Assembly: GCF_006345805.1 (NCBI RefSeq) | Contig: NC_043000.1 | Location: 52,886,001-52,950,000 of the forward strand | Length of the DNA stretch: 64,000 nt | Source of the DNA: Octopus sinensis | Lineage: Eukaryota | Reading direction: 5' to 3' | Made by a program: the position numbers and the translations under genes | Shown: in pieces, positions 1 through 14,605 of the stretch | Numbering within the stretch: the first letter of the stretch is position 1 | How the letters are laid out: every line of letters begins with the position of its first letter | The notes under the pieces: model-generated | Told to the model about the DNA's origin: nothing | Databases searched by the model: none | The model's input: only the letters and a program-made list of their open reading frames with translations

Positions 1-298
1 ACACCACATTAAATAGATAATAACCTTTACTATAAGTATTAGGAGTCAACGGGTGTTTTCATGTAGGGAGAGATCTCCTTCCGGTTACATTTTCAAGATT
101 TCACGTTTGAATTTTCGGTACACGTCTTCATTTTAGTGAGAATACTCGCGTTAATACGGAGCTCTACGGGATTTCATGAAAAATATATGAACATACGCAA
201 AGTGGGAGGTAAATTATAAGGAACCCTCAATTGTTACCTCCCCTGCATTGTCCTGCATTTGTGCAAGGAATGTGTTCTTTGTATGCGTCTCTACGTAC

Positions 299-317
299 AC
301 GCACACACACACACACA

Positions 318-367
<50 letters not shown>

Positions 368-427
368 TACGACTGTGTCCATATGTGCAAAAAAGACTGA
401 TACAGAGAATGCTAGAAAGAGAATGAA

Positions 428-462
<35 letters not shown>
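299..462. repeat. Compound (CA)n(TA)n microsatellite plus (GA)n tract; representative of dozens of dinucleotide tracts across the window
   Basis: Directly visible. These tracts generate the YIYI/CVCV/HTHT ORFs in the ORF track. Confidence 0.95.
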
Positions 463-466
<4 letters not shown>

Positions 467-2184
467 GACACACAGACATACATTCCAGACAAATTCGTTT
501 TGCTTCCATCAAAAATATGTACGAGATAAAGCAGGCTATGACGTTTTTTTTTTGTTTTTGTTTTACCTTTCTCTCGTAATTTTGAAAACTATTATTTCTT
601 CGCAGCTTGGGTACAGAACCGAATAGATTGTTTTACTGCTACTAAATAATTTCTCAAAAGATTTTGCCATTAGTTCCTAAAATATCGAGCTTTTGCCACT
701 GAATGTTACTTGCTGAAAGGAAAACAAGAATATTCACAGTCAGACCTGATGTTCCGCTTTTAGATAATCAAATCTAGGAAATATATAGAACACTTCCGAC
801 ATTTCTTCTGATATCACAAACTTTACGATATATTATTGCGGGATTTTGGAATTTCTAGTTATGCTGCTTTCGATACAATAATATGTAAATATTAATATCA
901 ATCTTGAGTGTAAAGGGTAATCAGAAATTGAACGAAAATTTAATGAGGAATCCCATTGAAGTCTTGATTTCATTTCTTTACCAAAATTAGATTTAGTGCT
1001 ATTATTCGAATGGAAAATTTTCAATACTATGTTTTTTTTCAGTTTTACGTAGAAATTTCCTTTCTTTACTATTTATGAAATTAACCAATCGGCAATTGGC
1101 ATTTCTTGTTGTTTGATAAGATATGATAGGGGAATAATTTCATTGTCCTCTTTCTCGTTTCTTGCTTTAAAATAACATTTTTCCGATGTCTTTTAACCAA
1201 GTTTATTCTCTGTGTGAGTTAAATTAAAGTTTAAGAAAACACTATTCTGTTTATGAAGCAAAAAATGGATATTTTGAAATATTCCTTCCAAAACATTTTG
1301 AATCAATTATTAGGAAGGGCTTCCAAAATAATAAACGTTTCTACATATTTTTCAGAAAATATAATTAATTTGTGCTGTAAACCAGTCATTGTTCTGCTGG
1401 AGTGCTACGTCCAGCGACGCAAATGTATTAAAAGGAGAAAAACAAATTATTGGTGTAAATATTTGATGTATTAATTATTAATGATTTACACACTTAGCAA
1501 AAGAAAATTTGCATGGTATAAAAAATAGATTAGTTAAACGTTTCTGAAATTGATACATAATGAACTTTATACGAAAAAGTTTCTAATGTAAAAAGTAGTG
1601 ATTTTTTTCCATTTTTAATGTGTAATAAGACATTAATTTACGAAATGATAATAGCAATATTTCTGTTATACCCCGCAGATGGTATATTAGAAAATGTTTA
1701 AAGTAAAGTAATAAATATTGATTTACTATGGAAGTGATCACATGAATAACGTATGGAAATACAGCGTAATAGGAAGGAAATTCGAAGTATTATTTTTAAA
1801 AATCGATTTTGCTGATCTACAATATCTTGCTTATGGTTATTGGACTTTTAATTGTGTAAAATCATAGTGTGATCAACGATCTGTAGCAAATGTTAAGGAA
1901 GAAGATAATTTTTTATACCGTGAACATGCATTACTTTTCTAATTTCGTTATATGAAAAATGTGCTTGACTAAAAGTTGACTTGGATAGTATTTACCCCTT
2001 AGAAATATAATATTTCTCATTTTTCTTTACGATCTTGTGAGCAAGATTTTAATTTACGAATTATTTGATGAGGCAAATATGCCTTGGTTGGGTATTAGGT
2101 CATTATTGAATAAATGTTGTACACTAGATTGTACGTTGCTACTATATGAATCTTGGTTTCAAATTTTGGCTCAAGATTACCAAA

Positions 2185-2338
2185 TTGGGGAGGAGCAAGT
2201 CGATTACATCGATCCCATTGCTCGAAAGGATGAAAGGTAAATTTTACCTCGGCGAAATTTGAACTCAGAATATAAAGAGAGACGAAATACTATTTAGTAT
2301 ATTATCCGGCATGCTAACGATTCTGCCAGCTCGGCGTT
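2185..2338 (-). mobile_element. tRNA-derived SINE (octopus-type), partial
   Basis: Reverse complement starts gccgagctggcagaatcgttagca (A-box-like) and has gagttcaaatttcgccgagg (B-box-like). The gtcgattacatcgat body recurs at 46.8, 53.4, 54.1-54.4 and 55.9 kb. Confidence 0.8.
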
Positions 2339-2379
2339 TTACCTATTATATTAATATTACACGTCTTATTGAAATGATG

Positions 2380-2590
2380 GAAAACTGTCACCCTCTTCGA
2401 ATTTCTCAACATATACAAGGTGTTTACCGAATCGCTAACTAAAATATTTTGTCCTGCCGTACACTGTGAATTCTCAGATACTTTGGACATTTATAATGGA
2501 AAAATGACCTCATATATATTAAGCGCTAAAACCACATTTTCAAATCATTGGAGTCAGTTTACGGTATTAGATGCACATATCAAATATTAA
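2380..2590 (+). pseudogene. Possible relic Ig (C2-set-like) coding segment
   Basis: About 70 stop-free codons; ...GKMTSYILSAKTTFSNHWSQFTVLDAH resembles the Ig C-terminal pattern S-x-L...dhg-x-xFtC-x-a-x-h, but the Cys is lost. Confidence 0.2.
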
Positions 2591-3014
2591 CGGGGATATT
2601 TTAAATATCAGAGATATACGAAAATGTGATTCAATTTCTCGTGATGAATATTTCATCTCAAATAATTGAAATGGGATGGTTGATAATGATATTACGTCAA
2701 TAATGCTGTTTGGGAGAACATTAAGAGTTGCTGATATCTCATTTCTACTCCTCTTTAATGATAGGATTAGGAATTTCGGAGGAAAATTATGAAGTAATAC
2801 CGGATCTTACATTTTACAGTTATGAGCTATATTTCACTCCTGAATTCAAATTCTTCTTTCCTCCTCCAGATATTAAAATACTGTAAACACACTGAGGAAT
2901 ATCGATAAACAATAATATGAAATATAAGTTTATGTATGCTTAAACGGATATCACATTTACAAAGAAGCAAGATATACACACATCCACACACACGATTCAT
3001 ATTTATTGTATGTG

Positions 3015-3045
<31 letters not shown>

Positions 3046-3046
3046 G

Positions 3047-3081
<35 letters not shown>

Positions 3082-3131
3082 GCTTTCGGTGCGAATGTAT
3101 ACATATATATATATTATTTATAATGTATGTA

Positions 3132-3177
<46 letters not shown>

Positions 3178-3236
3178 TGAATGTATGTATACAAATGTAC
3201 ATATATGTATGTATATACATATATATATACATGTTG

Positions 3237-3286
<50 letters not shown>

Positions 3287-6200
3287 TATATATACCTGCA
3301 CACACCTACACAGATATATGTCCACAAATAAAAATTTATATGTTTATGCGTAAATATAATATCCATGTCACACTGAACCGGGGAAATATTTTCTTCGTTT
3401 AGAAGATGAAAGGGACACTATGAACCAGTTTATGATTTACGCTTTCTCTATAGTCATGTGACTTTAGTACTGCATTCTAATATGTTTTATGTCACCGTAA
3501 AAATTACTTCTAATTTCCTTGTTGATAAATATATATACATTATAGGCAATGCTCGCCCCTTCTAATTATTAATAACTCTGTAAATATCTTTCTGATCTAA
3601 TGAACTTTCTTGTAGATGAAACACTCTCATGAAGACATGTGCAATGATTGTCTCTACTCGCTGCAAATTGACAAACACATCACATTTGAGACATACTTTG
3701 CTTGTTTAAGTAATTTACGTTAGTATTTTCAAAGTATTTTATATACCAATCGTTACGGCAGCACACCAAGTGAAACAAGACTCAAATACGTGTGCGTTTG
3801 CATCACTTGTGAGGCAGTATATGAGAAAATATCCTGCTTTGAAACAGCCTCAGAGATAATGGGATATTCTACTTTATAAGTACGTACATATAAACAATGT
3901 ATTTCTTAATATGTTGTCATACTTCCACCTAAAACAAATAAGCAAATGTTCACATACACATATTTATAATTTTAGTATGAAAAATGTCAGTCTGTTACTA
4001 TGCGATTGAGATAATCTTCAATGGAAATTCATACTGAAGTGGATCGAACATCTGCAACAATTGCGTTTATCAACATCAAACCTGTTTCGGTCTGATATCA
4101 ACAAATTCGCCTTCCTAACTCTCAATTCCTTATGAATTACATAAAAGTTGTTTCTTTCTAACTTATTTCCCAATGTCTATCATTTTCTCCAATAGTCTCT
4201 GGGGTAAAATAACCAATAGATAGTGACCGTATTTTGGGATGCGTAGCTAATGATTAACAAGCTGCTAGTTTTGTTTTTCTTCTTTTATTTTGTTATACCA
4301 TATACTATGACTACCTCTTCGTCACAAACCGTAGGTCGTTATGCCTCTTTGTATATCAACATGATATGTAACTTTTATGAAGATTGTTGAACAGTATTGC
4401 ATCCAAAAATATTATAACTACTTATACAAATATGGCATTAATTAATATAAATTTCGTCACGCTGAAAGAGGCAACAGAATCATGCTTCTAATCGCAAAGT
4501 CATATGTATATTATTGGACTTTACAGCACACGTGCTTCCGTTAATCGTTATAAATTCCGCTAATTAAGAATGGGATATATTATCAAAATTTTGTTATATC
4601 AGTCTAATTTTATGGAGCAATTAAATGCAGTGTCATTTGCAGAAGATGTTCTGTGTCTGACGCTAAAGCACGTAGTAAATTCATGGTAAATAATCAGAAA
4701 TGTGAGATACATTGCTATACAAGGTACTTGAGAGTATAGATTAGAGCGATTCATATGGGTGGGTGTCGCTGTGGTGCAATCAACCAAGGAATAGAAAGCC
4801 TAAGCATATATTATGCGATTAAATTTGCCAGGAGAGTTTACCTAATGGAAGGGCTAATATTCGAAGGAAATCAAATCCATTAAATTTCCAAGACCTCAGT
4901 TACATTTTTAAATTGTCGGTATTGCTGGTGACAATGGTGAGTGGAAACAATAATTGTGACTTTTCATAACAGAATGAAATTCAGGGACTTTGACAAGAAT
5001 GTTATCAGAAACTTTCCTGCTGACAGGGAAGGCAATGGGACTCTATTTTAGACCATTAAAATTGACTGCTTTGCAGACTATTACTCGTCTCGAACAGCAG
5101 TATACTACAGAAAAAAGAATGGTTAAAGAATGAGTGCAAGACAGGGGGGGGGAGTCAGGGGAAAGAGGGAGAGAGGGAGTAAGGAGAAAGAGAGGGAGGA
5201 GAAAGAGAAGGAGAGAGAGACAGATTAACTGACATATTGTTAGGTAAGTGTTCGATAGCTCTAAAACACACTTATATATATTTCTTTCTATATGATCAAT
5301 TTTGAGCTGCACTTAACGACTTCGTTCGAGACTTTTTAAATTGTTATAGGGAGACAGTTAGATACATTATTGCTCTTGTAGTTCATATTTTTAATCGCTT
5401 CTCGCTCGAACCTGCATTCGACATTGGATGGCTGTTATTGGAGGGGTAAGAGCAGTATAGTGAAAAGTATAACAACAGGACATGTGTAAATCACAGCTTC
5501 AACTGGTCTACTGGGAAGAATATATTACGCATTATAATCGCTTGAACGAACACAGCAGTTAATATCAACGTACATTTTAATCTTTGGACAATAATTTCAT
5601 AAGAATTCTAAGGGGATCAAGTCACGGGAATATACTTCCTATAACAGCAAGTAGTTGATGGTCAAGCATTGTTGTTTGAGAAATATATTAGCAAGAATAA
5701 TTTGTCAATGTCTTCTCAGTACACAAAGGTTCTATATCTTTAATGGGTTACTCGTGGATGTCACTTTTCAAGGAATTTCCATTAAATTTCATTAATTAAT
5801 CTTTCAGTTTTTGGCTTCCTACCGATTGAAGACTGATATTCTATTCCTGTGAAGTAGTCACATTGTTAGAGATATTATACAAATAGATTGAGTGTGTCAC
5901 ACACATACATGCACACTCAGACACTAAAACGCATACAAGCACACATACAAAAATACAAACAGACACGCACACACACACACTTGCGCACACACTTGCGCAC
6001 ACACACACATTTATATATATATATATATAGATATATATATATATAAATATATGTGGATAAATACATACACACATGTATAAATGCATGCATATATATATAA
6101 ATATATATATATATACATATATATATATGTATATATATAAATGTATACACATAATATATTTGTAGATATACATGTGAGCATGTGTGTGCATAAAAGTATA

Positions 6201-6542
6201 TATAGAAGAATATACGTAACTACGTATATTCTGGAAGGAAATTCATTAAAAGTCTTAAACCAGAGATTAACAATAGAGCTGCATGAGCTGCATTGTATGT
6301 TTTCAAATTCCTGTTTACTATTCAGTGTATGTCATAACGGATTAGGTCATAATGACTTTCATCCTATTGTTTATAACACAATGCATGCCGTGTTGATATG
6401 TATTGATGACTTTGAGTGGCTTGCGGCCGACGTAATGAGCACGTTCTCTTCTATATTTGCTATTGCTTCCTCTTTAGACATTCATATACATACATACATT
6501 CGCACATACACACACACACACACACACACGCACACACATACG

Positions 6543-6580
<38 letters not shown>

Positions 6581-7107
6581 AGTGTGTGTGTGTGCGTATG
6601 TCTGTGAGCGTGTATAAACTGTACATTAGTATACGTAAATATACAAATATGAAGAAATCACACAGAAATCCTATGCGTATACTCTGCATTATCACACACA
6701 CACACACACATACACACGCACGAGCACATACACACCCACTCACACTCACACTCTCAGGCATATATAAATACGTACATACGTACACAAATATATATGTGTG
6801 TGTGTTTGTGTGTGTGTGTACCTTTATGCGCCAGTGTTTTTGTGTGTCTGCTGCATACTTCCTAATTTTAGTTTAATGAGCACCAACATTTAAATTAGGT
6901 TAAAAATTCATATCAAGATTTGTGCGATTACCTTTGATTCATCGTACTTATATCATGCGCAGAATATTCTATCAATAGGCACTTAGTAATTTCCAAATAA
7001 GAATAAAAAAAAATCATGAAGCCAACTTAATATAGACGCGCATTCAATACATTAACATTACAATTTCATTTATATTATAGAGATTCCAGCTTAACATATC
7101 TTTTCAG

Positions 7108-7360
7108 TGGACCAGTCGATAGTATCACGATTGATTCGAGTCTTCATATGCGTTATTTTATAATAAAAGACAGAAACGGAAAATATCATGTGGTAAAAGG
7201 TCTAAAGATATCTAATAGAAATGAACTTACGTTTTGCACTGCCTCATCCCTCTAGGTAACATTGTATTCCCTAAATTAAGGTTTAATAAGCAAGTAATAA
7301 CTATTTCAAATTACAATTTATGTTTTGAAGGTCTATTGTTAAAGCATTACATTGTATCTC
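7108..7360 (+). pseudogene. Degenerate Ig-domain exon
   Basis: Acceptor atcttttcag, then GPVDSITIDSS...HVVKG...FCTASSL*VTLYS and, after a frameshift, KQVITISNYNLCFEGL-(Y)C. Matches the Ig GP..I / C-x-A-x-S / LtIsN...dEG-x-Y-x-C layout, with stops and frameshifts. Confidence 0.45.
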
Positions 7361-8178
7361 TCGTTTACCTTTCAGCAATGAATTATACAAAACAAATTAT
7401 TTCCTGATATTTCGCACGAATAATGGAAACATTAGTCTTCTATTAAAGGCGTGAACTCATTGCACCTCAATATTTTTATTTAATTTTATCACATTATTTA
7501 TAATAGAATGTCATATGGCATTTAGCTTGTAATATGCTGATCAAAAATATAAGCACTTGGATTACTGATTAACTCAAATATTTTAACACAATCATACAAA
7601 ATATTTATTAAAATGTACTTAGTAATCTCTTATTTGCCAACCATTTGTTACTGATAATATTATATAATTGTATTAATATTTCAATAATGCATTCTCAAAG
7701 GTGATAATATTATATATAAATATTTAATTCAAAATGTAAATCATAAATAAAGTATATGTTCTGAATTAGCAGACATACTAAGTAAGAACAAATGAACTCC
7801 ATATTTTATTAGCTCCTATAGAATAAAAACTGAACCAAAATAGCAGAATCCTTATTGATGCCAATTTTAATTCTTCCATCATCCTCACTCTTTCACTTTC
7901 TACGATTTTGTTACACTGTGGTATTACTGGTTGGTGCACAGTGGTCATTCTGCGGACAAATCTTTGTGATATATAAATGAATCTTCATAAACCAATATTT
8001 AACTACTGCACAGTATATAACTTATGAACACGGAATCATTATATTAGAATATAAATAATTAAAAGTAACAACAACTTCTTCCTGGTTTAATACATATGTG
8101 GATAAGAGATATTGTTAAGTCATTGTGTTTACTCGGTTGCACTAGAATTTTATTATAAATCTTTGTACATGATTCCAG

Positions 8179-8477
8179 GACAATACAGGTGAGTCACAAG
8201 AACGAACAAGTGAGAAACAAACGAGGTTTAGGTGGCATATGGTAACGGTTGCCGAAAGAAGAATAGCAAAATATAAAACAATTATAAGGGTGAAGTTGCC
8301 AACGGAGAGATACAATGATAGCGCTAAATGAGTTTTTATGAACAAGGAGATATACATAACAAGCTGAGGAATTTATTTGTAAACGAAATTGGCCCACTCG
8401 GTACAGAAGTAAAATTTGATGAACTGCCACCAGTTGTGGAATACAAAGTATTAGAACATGTAATAACTTCAAAAAAA
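8179..8477 (+). pseudogene. Candidate exon, SEA-domain-like, with a 1-nt frameshift
   Basis: attccag acceptor and gtaagt donor bracket 299 nt. Adding one A in gctaaatg gives a 100-codon phase 0-0 exon: ...KYKTIIRVKLPTERYNDSAKMSFYEQGDIHNKLRNLFVNEIGPLGTEVKFDELPPVVEYKVLEHVITSKK. Confidence 0.35.
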
Positions 8478-9888
8478 GTAAGTAAATGTTAAAACAATAG
8501 AATATAAATATGATGCTTATAGAGAGAAAAAGTGGAAAAAGAAAACTATTAAAAAACTGTAGGTAAAAACGTTTTAAAACAGTGGAGCTCAATGCATTAT
8601 CGTTAATTTTATATAATCTCATCCGTTTTATGTTTTTGTCCCCATTGTGGTATTGTGTCTGTCCTTGTATTGTGCCCCTATGTGTTAGAGGCTAACTGCT
8701 TGTTATAAAGAATAAAACATTTCAAATTTATTAAACGCATCTCCAGAAACTAATCTGAGCATCATTTCATTAAATTAGTATTTGTAATGTTAATTTCTGA
8801 TGATAATCTAAACGTTATAGGACTGCGGCAGGAATAAATAATATTCCTCGAAGATCACTGTGACGAAATTTATTTTGTATACAAAAATGAAGTGAACATT
8901 AATGATAAACAATTGTGATTTATAAGTGGAGAAGCCCTTGCAAATGTTATAAATTTAATAACTTGCTAACCACAAACGTTTCATTTGCTTTCGAAACGAT
9001 TTCCAAATTGATGTTATTATAAGCCATTTATTGCTGTATATGCACGAATATATTTTTTCCTTTTTGAATTTCGCTTTTAGTATCTTATCTAAGTAATTAC
9101 AAGTGAATTTTACTATTAGTTTTTCTTCTCCTCTTGAAAGTGTGGCATAGTTTGTGAGATGTCGCCTAAGTGACTCAATCGCTTAAGTTTGTATGCATCT
9201 TAATGAAAAATGAAATCATAAACACCACTGATAAATCCTCGTGACAACTTTTATTCAATGCATATTTAATAAATCCGTCAACATACCGTATTTTCTTCAT
9301 ACAAAAATTTATCAGATTAGTTGATTACTTTCAAAATTGCCCTTAATATATGATTCAGTCTTCATACATCATGCATGGAATCTTCTATGTCTTCTGACAT
9401 ACGCGTATTTTTTGCTTCTAAGTAGATATATTTAGTTTGATCGTTTTTAGAAGCAAGATTAGAATATTAATGAAATCTTAGCAATGTATATTACAATATT
9501 TAATAAGTTTAGTTATATTTTTACATCAGTGTCCAAAGCCACTTTATCACTCACCATATAATAATTTAAGAAAATAGATATTTTTCATATAGTGATATTT
9601 ACAGAATATATATGTGTGTGTCTGTGTGTGTGCGTGTATACCCGCATATACTTGTGTGAACTATTCACATACATATATATTCCCATTTTATCTACAGTGT
9701 GAATGTGTATGATAATAGTTCATGCTGCAAATAATTCTCCATAGGAAACGTGTAACATTTTACAGTTGCATTTAATGTAGTCACGTTCAGAAAACGAATA
9801 TACGGTTAATGTGTGCTGGAAATATATATACGAATAGATAGTAAACTAACAGTTAATTTCTCTCGTTGCCTCATTCCTTCTCTAGATG

Positions 9889-9983
<95 letters not shown>

Positions 9984-10011
9984 TAGTGTGTGTGGTGTGT
10001 GTGTGTGTGTG

Positions 10012-10054
<43 letters not shown>

Positions 10055-10067
10055 TATGTACGTATAC

Positions 10068-10268
10068 GACATGGTTCTTGCTGAAAAGAGTAGCGCAAAA
10101 GGCCTTGGAGTCTCAAAATATCGAGTTCTTTTGCAGGGCTTAGAATAACTGAACGACCGCTGCAGTAAGTGTGTAGATCAGCGAGGGGAATATTTTGAAG
10201 AAAATCATAATCAACTGATACTTCTCTATTTTCTTTTACCCAAAGACAGGAACATTTCAGCGCTCTAC
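10068..10268 (+). mobile_element. Mariner-derived MITE / deletion derivative
   Basis: Encodes the mariner transposase C-terminus (IEFFCR/GLE*LNDRCSKCVDQRGEYFE). Degenerate inverted ends: tacgacatggttcttgctgaaaag ... caggaacatttcagcgctctac. Confidence 0.6.
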
Positions 10269-10469
10269 ATATTTGTGTATGTATATATATATATGAATGT
10301 ATGTATGTATTTATGTGTGTGGATGTGGGTGGTTTGTATATGTGTGAGTGTCTGTGTGTGTATCCCTGCGTATGTGTGCGTAAAAATTTAAATTAGCCCA
10401 TAAATAATGCGATATTTTAATAAGACTTCTTCTTATCAAAATTAAGGCAAAGTTCTTTTTAATCTAAAA

Positions 10470-11050
10470 TATACTTTACTTCATCTTTTACAATGCCCTG
10501 CTATCTGGTAGACTTGCAAGGCCCCCTTCCAAAATTCACTTGTCCGTGACAAAAAATACTCCTCCAGTTCTGTTCTGACTTTGTCTACAAAATTCATGTT
10601 TTGCCTGTCTGAATACTTTTGAAGACCGCAGAATAAATTATAATGAGATGGGGCAATGTCTGGGGAATATGGTGGGTGGGCATTGTTTCCCATTCAAACT
10701 GCTCCAGCCTTCGGAATGTCATCCTCGTCTTGAAACCAAAGATGTTTTTTTTTTCTTCTGGTGCTGGTATCGTTGAATGGTTGAATGTCCAAATCCAAGC
10801 TTCTCTGCTAGTTCCTAAACATTTAGGATGGGTTTTTTTCCACCAGAGTCTGCAGGCGTCCCACCAGAGTTTGCAGGTATTCTAGGCTGTAGTTTCCGGC
10901 TCGGGATTTCTGAAACCACCGCTGATATTTTCTTACGCTTATTATCCGATCTCCATATACTGCATTAATATTCCTCGCACTTCCCTGGCGTAGTTGCCTT
11001 TATTGAATTCATAAAGCAAAATAGGCATTTGTTACTCCCATTATAGCTTT
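10470..11050 (-). mobile_element. Mariner (Tc1/mariner) transposase remnant, internally deleted
   Basis: N-terminal ILLYEFNKGNYARESARNINAVYG...YQRWFQKSRAGNYSLE and C-terminal HPPYSPDIAPSHYNLF (the YSPDLAP motif), with frameshifts. Confidence 0.9.
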
Positions 11051-11156
11051 AAAAAAAAACTGCACTCTTCAAAAATTGCACAAAGAATAACTGCACGATA
11101 AAATTATTACCTGCTTGTATAGCAAGTTAATGCAGTACTTTATTCCCTCCCCTTCC

Positions 11157-11199
<43 letters not shown>

Positions 11200-11364
11200 G
11201 GTCCCAGGTTGAGTCGGGGTTAACCACAGTAAATAAGGTACTCAATACATTGCAGAGTAAATTAATTCATTTTATAGAAGGAGCTTCTACAGGACTAGAA
11301 CTATATATATATATATGTTTGTGTGTGTGTGTGTGTGTGTAAGTATATGTACACGCGTGTGTGA

Positions 11365-11411
<47 letters not shown>

Positions 11412-11684
11412 TGTGTGTGTGTGTGCGTAAGTGTATGTATACAGTGTACATATGTGCATATTCAGATTCTATGAACGATATATTACTTTCCGCATGCCTA
11501 TTGGAGTAATTTCCCTTTCTTCGTAGCGTTTTTATTTGTCTTAATAACTTATGAGATGCCGGAGCAAATTTCAGCCCCGGCATCCGAAACTCTGAGTTTT
11601 ATTATAACAGCCAACTAATTGTCACAAATTATAAATATATATATATATATTTATATATCTATACATTTATACGTGTATATGTAT

Positions 11685-11733
<49 letters not shown>

Positions 11734-12662
11734 TGTGTGTGTGTGTGTGTTTGTGTGTGTGTGTGCGTGTGTGTGTCTGTATGTGTGTGTATGCATGAAT
11801 TCAACTTAAATACAACAATAAATTTGCAATTATCTGCCATATAAATTATCGGATCTTCACGTCATACAAACATAACGAAACTTACGTACTCTTCCATCTT
11901 TATAAAGTTTAATTCCCTTTACATTAAACAAAATGAGACTTCACGAAACATTTATATGAAATAAAATATATTTCGTAAAAATTTTATCTTGTCTCACAAC
12001 ATCCTTACCTTCTAGATTCATTTAGACCAAATAAGTTTAGGTTGCTCAATTTTCTATCAATTAGTGTCATTATTATTGAATTTGTATCGCTGATAAACGA
12101 TACGTAATTCAGATATGGTAAGTTAACTCCAGCCTAAGGTGAATATTGAATTCCTGTAATATATAAATGATGTATATATGCGCGCAGTTACATAGTTATG
12201 AGCACGTATATATGTATGAGTTTGTGTGTGTGTACGCGCACGTGACAAATATGCGATCATACACATATGAATGAGACTTCTATGGAATTTTGCAATTCAT
12301 GTTAGACTGTGTACCGTGGTCTTGAATCCAGTGACCAAAGGGAAATATTAGTTGATTATTATCATAAATACGATTAATTTACTGGCAAACGACATTCCCA
12401 ATATTCTTACAATCACTGAAATTAACTTTGGATTTATGATTTAAGTCTAACCTACAGATATGAGGTATTGTACTGAATATATGAAGCGGCATCTTGTTAT
12501 CTTAGCAAAAATACATTTTCATGCAAAGATATTAACAAAGAATTGTAGAAAGTGAAACATATTCAAGTTTCAATGAATTATCAAACTCTATCACTGTTTG
12601 TCCGTTTGTATGTCTGTCAGACCGTGTGTGTGTCTGTCTATCTCTCTCTCTCTTTATCTATC

Positions 12663-12693
<31 letters not shown>

Positions 12694-12702
12694 CTATTTA
12701 TC

Positions 12703-12752
<50 letters not shown>

Positions 12753-12753
12753 C

Positions 12754-12799
<46 letters not shown>

Positions 12800-12837
12800 G
12801 TCTGTCTGTCTGTCTATACATATATCTAAATCTATTT

Positions 12838-13240
12838 CTAACCCTCGCTGCCCCATCGTCTCTGCCTGTAACTTGCCCTCTGAAATGATCTCCAAATACC
12901 TCGACCGTATCCTTGCTCCCCTACTTTTGCACATTCACGACACCAATCTAGCTCTGCGTCTGTTTAACTCTTTCTGCTTCCTTTCTGGCCCCACTCAACT
13001 TCTGCTTACTCTCGACATTAAATCTTTGTATACGGTGATCCCACACAACGACGGCCTTCTTGCGCTTAAACACTTCCTTGATCTTCGGTCAGACCCTCAA
13101 CCTGACATCTCCACACTTCTTCATTTAGCCGTACATGTCCTCTCCCTCAACAGCTTCTTGTTCGTGGAGTAGTTTTCCCAACAAATCTCACGAGTCGCCA
13201 GGGGAACAAGAATGGGCTCCAAATATACGAACCTGTTCCA
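12838..13240 (+). mobile_element. Penelope-like element RT fragment (copy 1)
   Basis: [18 protein letters not shown]...[26 protein letters not shown]...NSFLF...ARGTRMGSKYTNLF are PLE RT motifs; contains a stop; preceded by (TATC)n. Confidence 0.88.
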
Positions 13241-13455
13241 AATCCTAATATATACGGTCCTTATATCGATGACTGAATCGGAACGATCTCACTCACCTTC
13301 GAACATCTCCGTGCAGTAAGGAATTTTGTCAGTGAACAGGACGCGGCTTCAAATCTACGAACATAGTTTGACAAATTAAATTTAAATGTTGAAGTGTATC
13401 TAACGGTTTTTGTGTTTTTAAATTGGCTTATAAACACCTTCTACAATGCAATTGT

Positions 13456-13504
<49 letters not shown>

Positions 13505-14430
13505 TGTGTGTGTGTGTGTTTGTGTGTGTGTGTGCGTGTGTGTGTCTGTATGTGTGTGTATGCATGAATTCAACTTAAATACAACAATAAATTTGCAATT
13601 ATCTGCCATATAAATTATCGGATCTTCACGTCATACAAACATAACGAAACTTACGTACTCTTCCATCTTTATAAGTTTAATTCCATTTACATTAAACAAA
13701 ATGAGACTTCACGAAACATTTATATGAAATAAAATATATTTCGTAAAAATTTTATCTTGTCTCACAACATCCTTACCTTCTAGTTTCATTTAGACCAAAT
13801 AAGTTTAGGTTGCTCAATTTTCTATCAATTAGTGTCATTATTATTGAATTTGTATCGCTGATAAACGATACGTAATTCAGATATGGTAAGTTAACTCCAG
13901 CCTAAGGTGAATATTGAATTCCTGTAATATATAAATGATGTATATATGCGCGCAGTTACATAGTTATGAGCACGTATATATGTATGAGTTTGTGTGTGTG
14001 TATGCGCACGTGACAAATATGCGATCATACACATATGAATGAGACTTCTATGGAATTTTGCAATTCATGTTAGACTGTGTACTGTGGTCTTGAATCCAGT
14101 GACCAAAGGGAAATATTAGTTGATTATTATCATAAATACGATTAATTTACTGGCAAACGACATTCCCAATATTCTTACAATCACTGAAATTAACTTTGAA
14201 TTTATGATTTAAGTCTAACCTACAGATATGAGGTATTGTACTGAATATATGAAGCGGCATCTTGTTATTTTAGCAAAAATACATTTTCATGCAAAGATAT
14301 TAACAAAGAATTGTAGAAAGTGAAACATATTCAAGTTTAAATGAATTATCAAACTCTATCACTGTTTGTCCGTTTGTATGTCTGTCAGACCGTGTGTGTG
14401 TCTGTCTATCTCTCTCTCTCTTTATCTATC

Positions 14431-14509
<79 letters not shown>

Positions 14510-14510
14510 A

Positions 14511-14549
<39 letters not shown>

Positions 14550-14605
14550 TTATCTATCTATCTATCTGTCTGTCTGTCTGTCTATACATATATCTAAATC
14601 TATTT

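Noticed and set aside
2936-3402. Overlapping ORFs rich in YIYI, CVCV, HTHT or LSIY (also at 5.8-6.9, 9.9, 11.3, 15.2, 19.7, 27, 39.3, 56.5 and 63.8 kb)
   Set aside because: Translations of dinucleotide and tetranucleotide microsatellites, which lack stops by construction.
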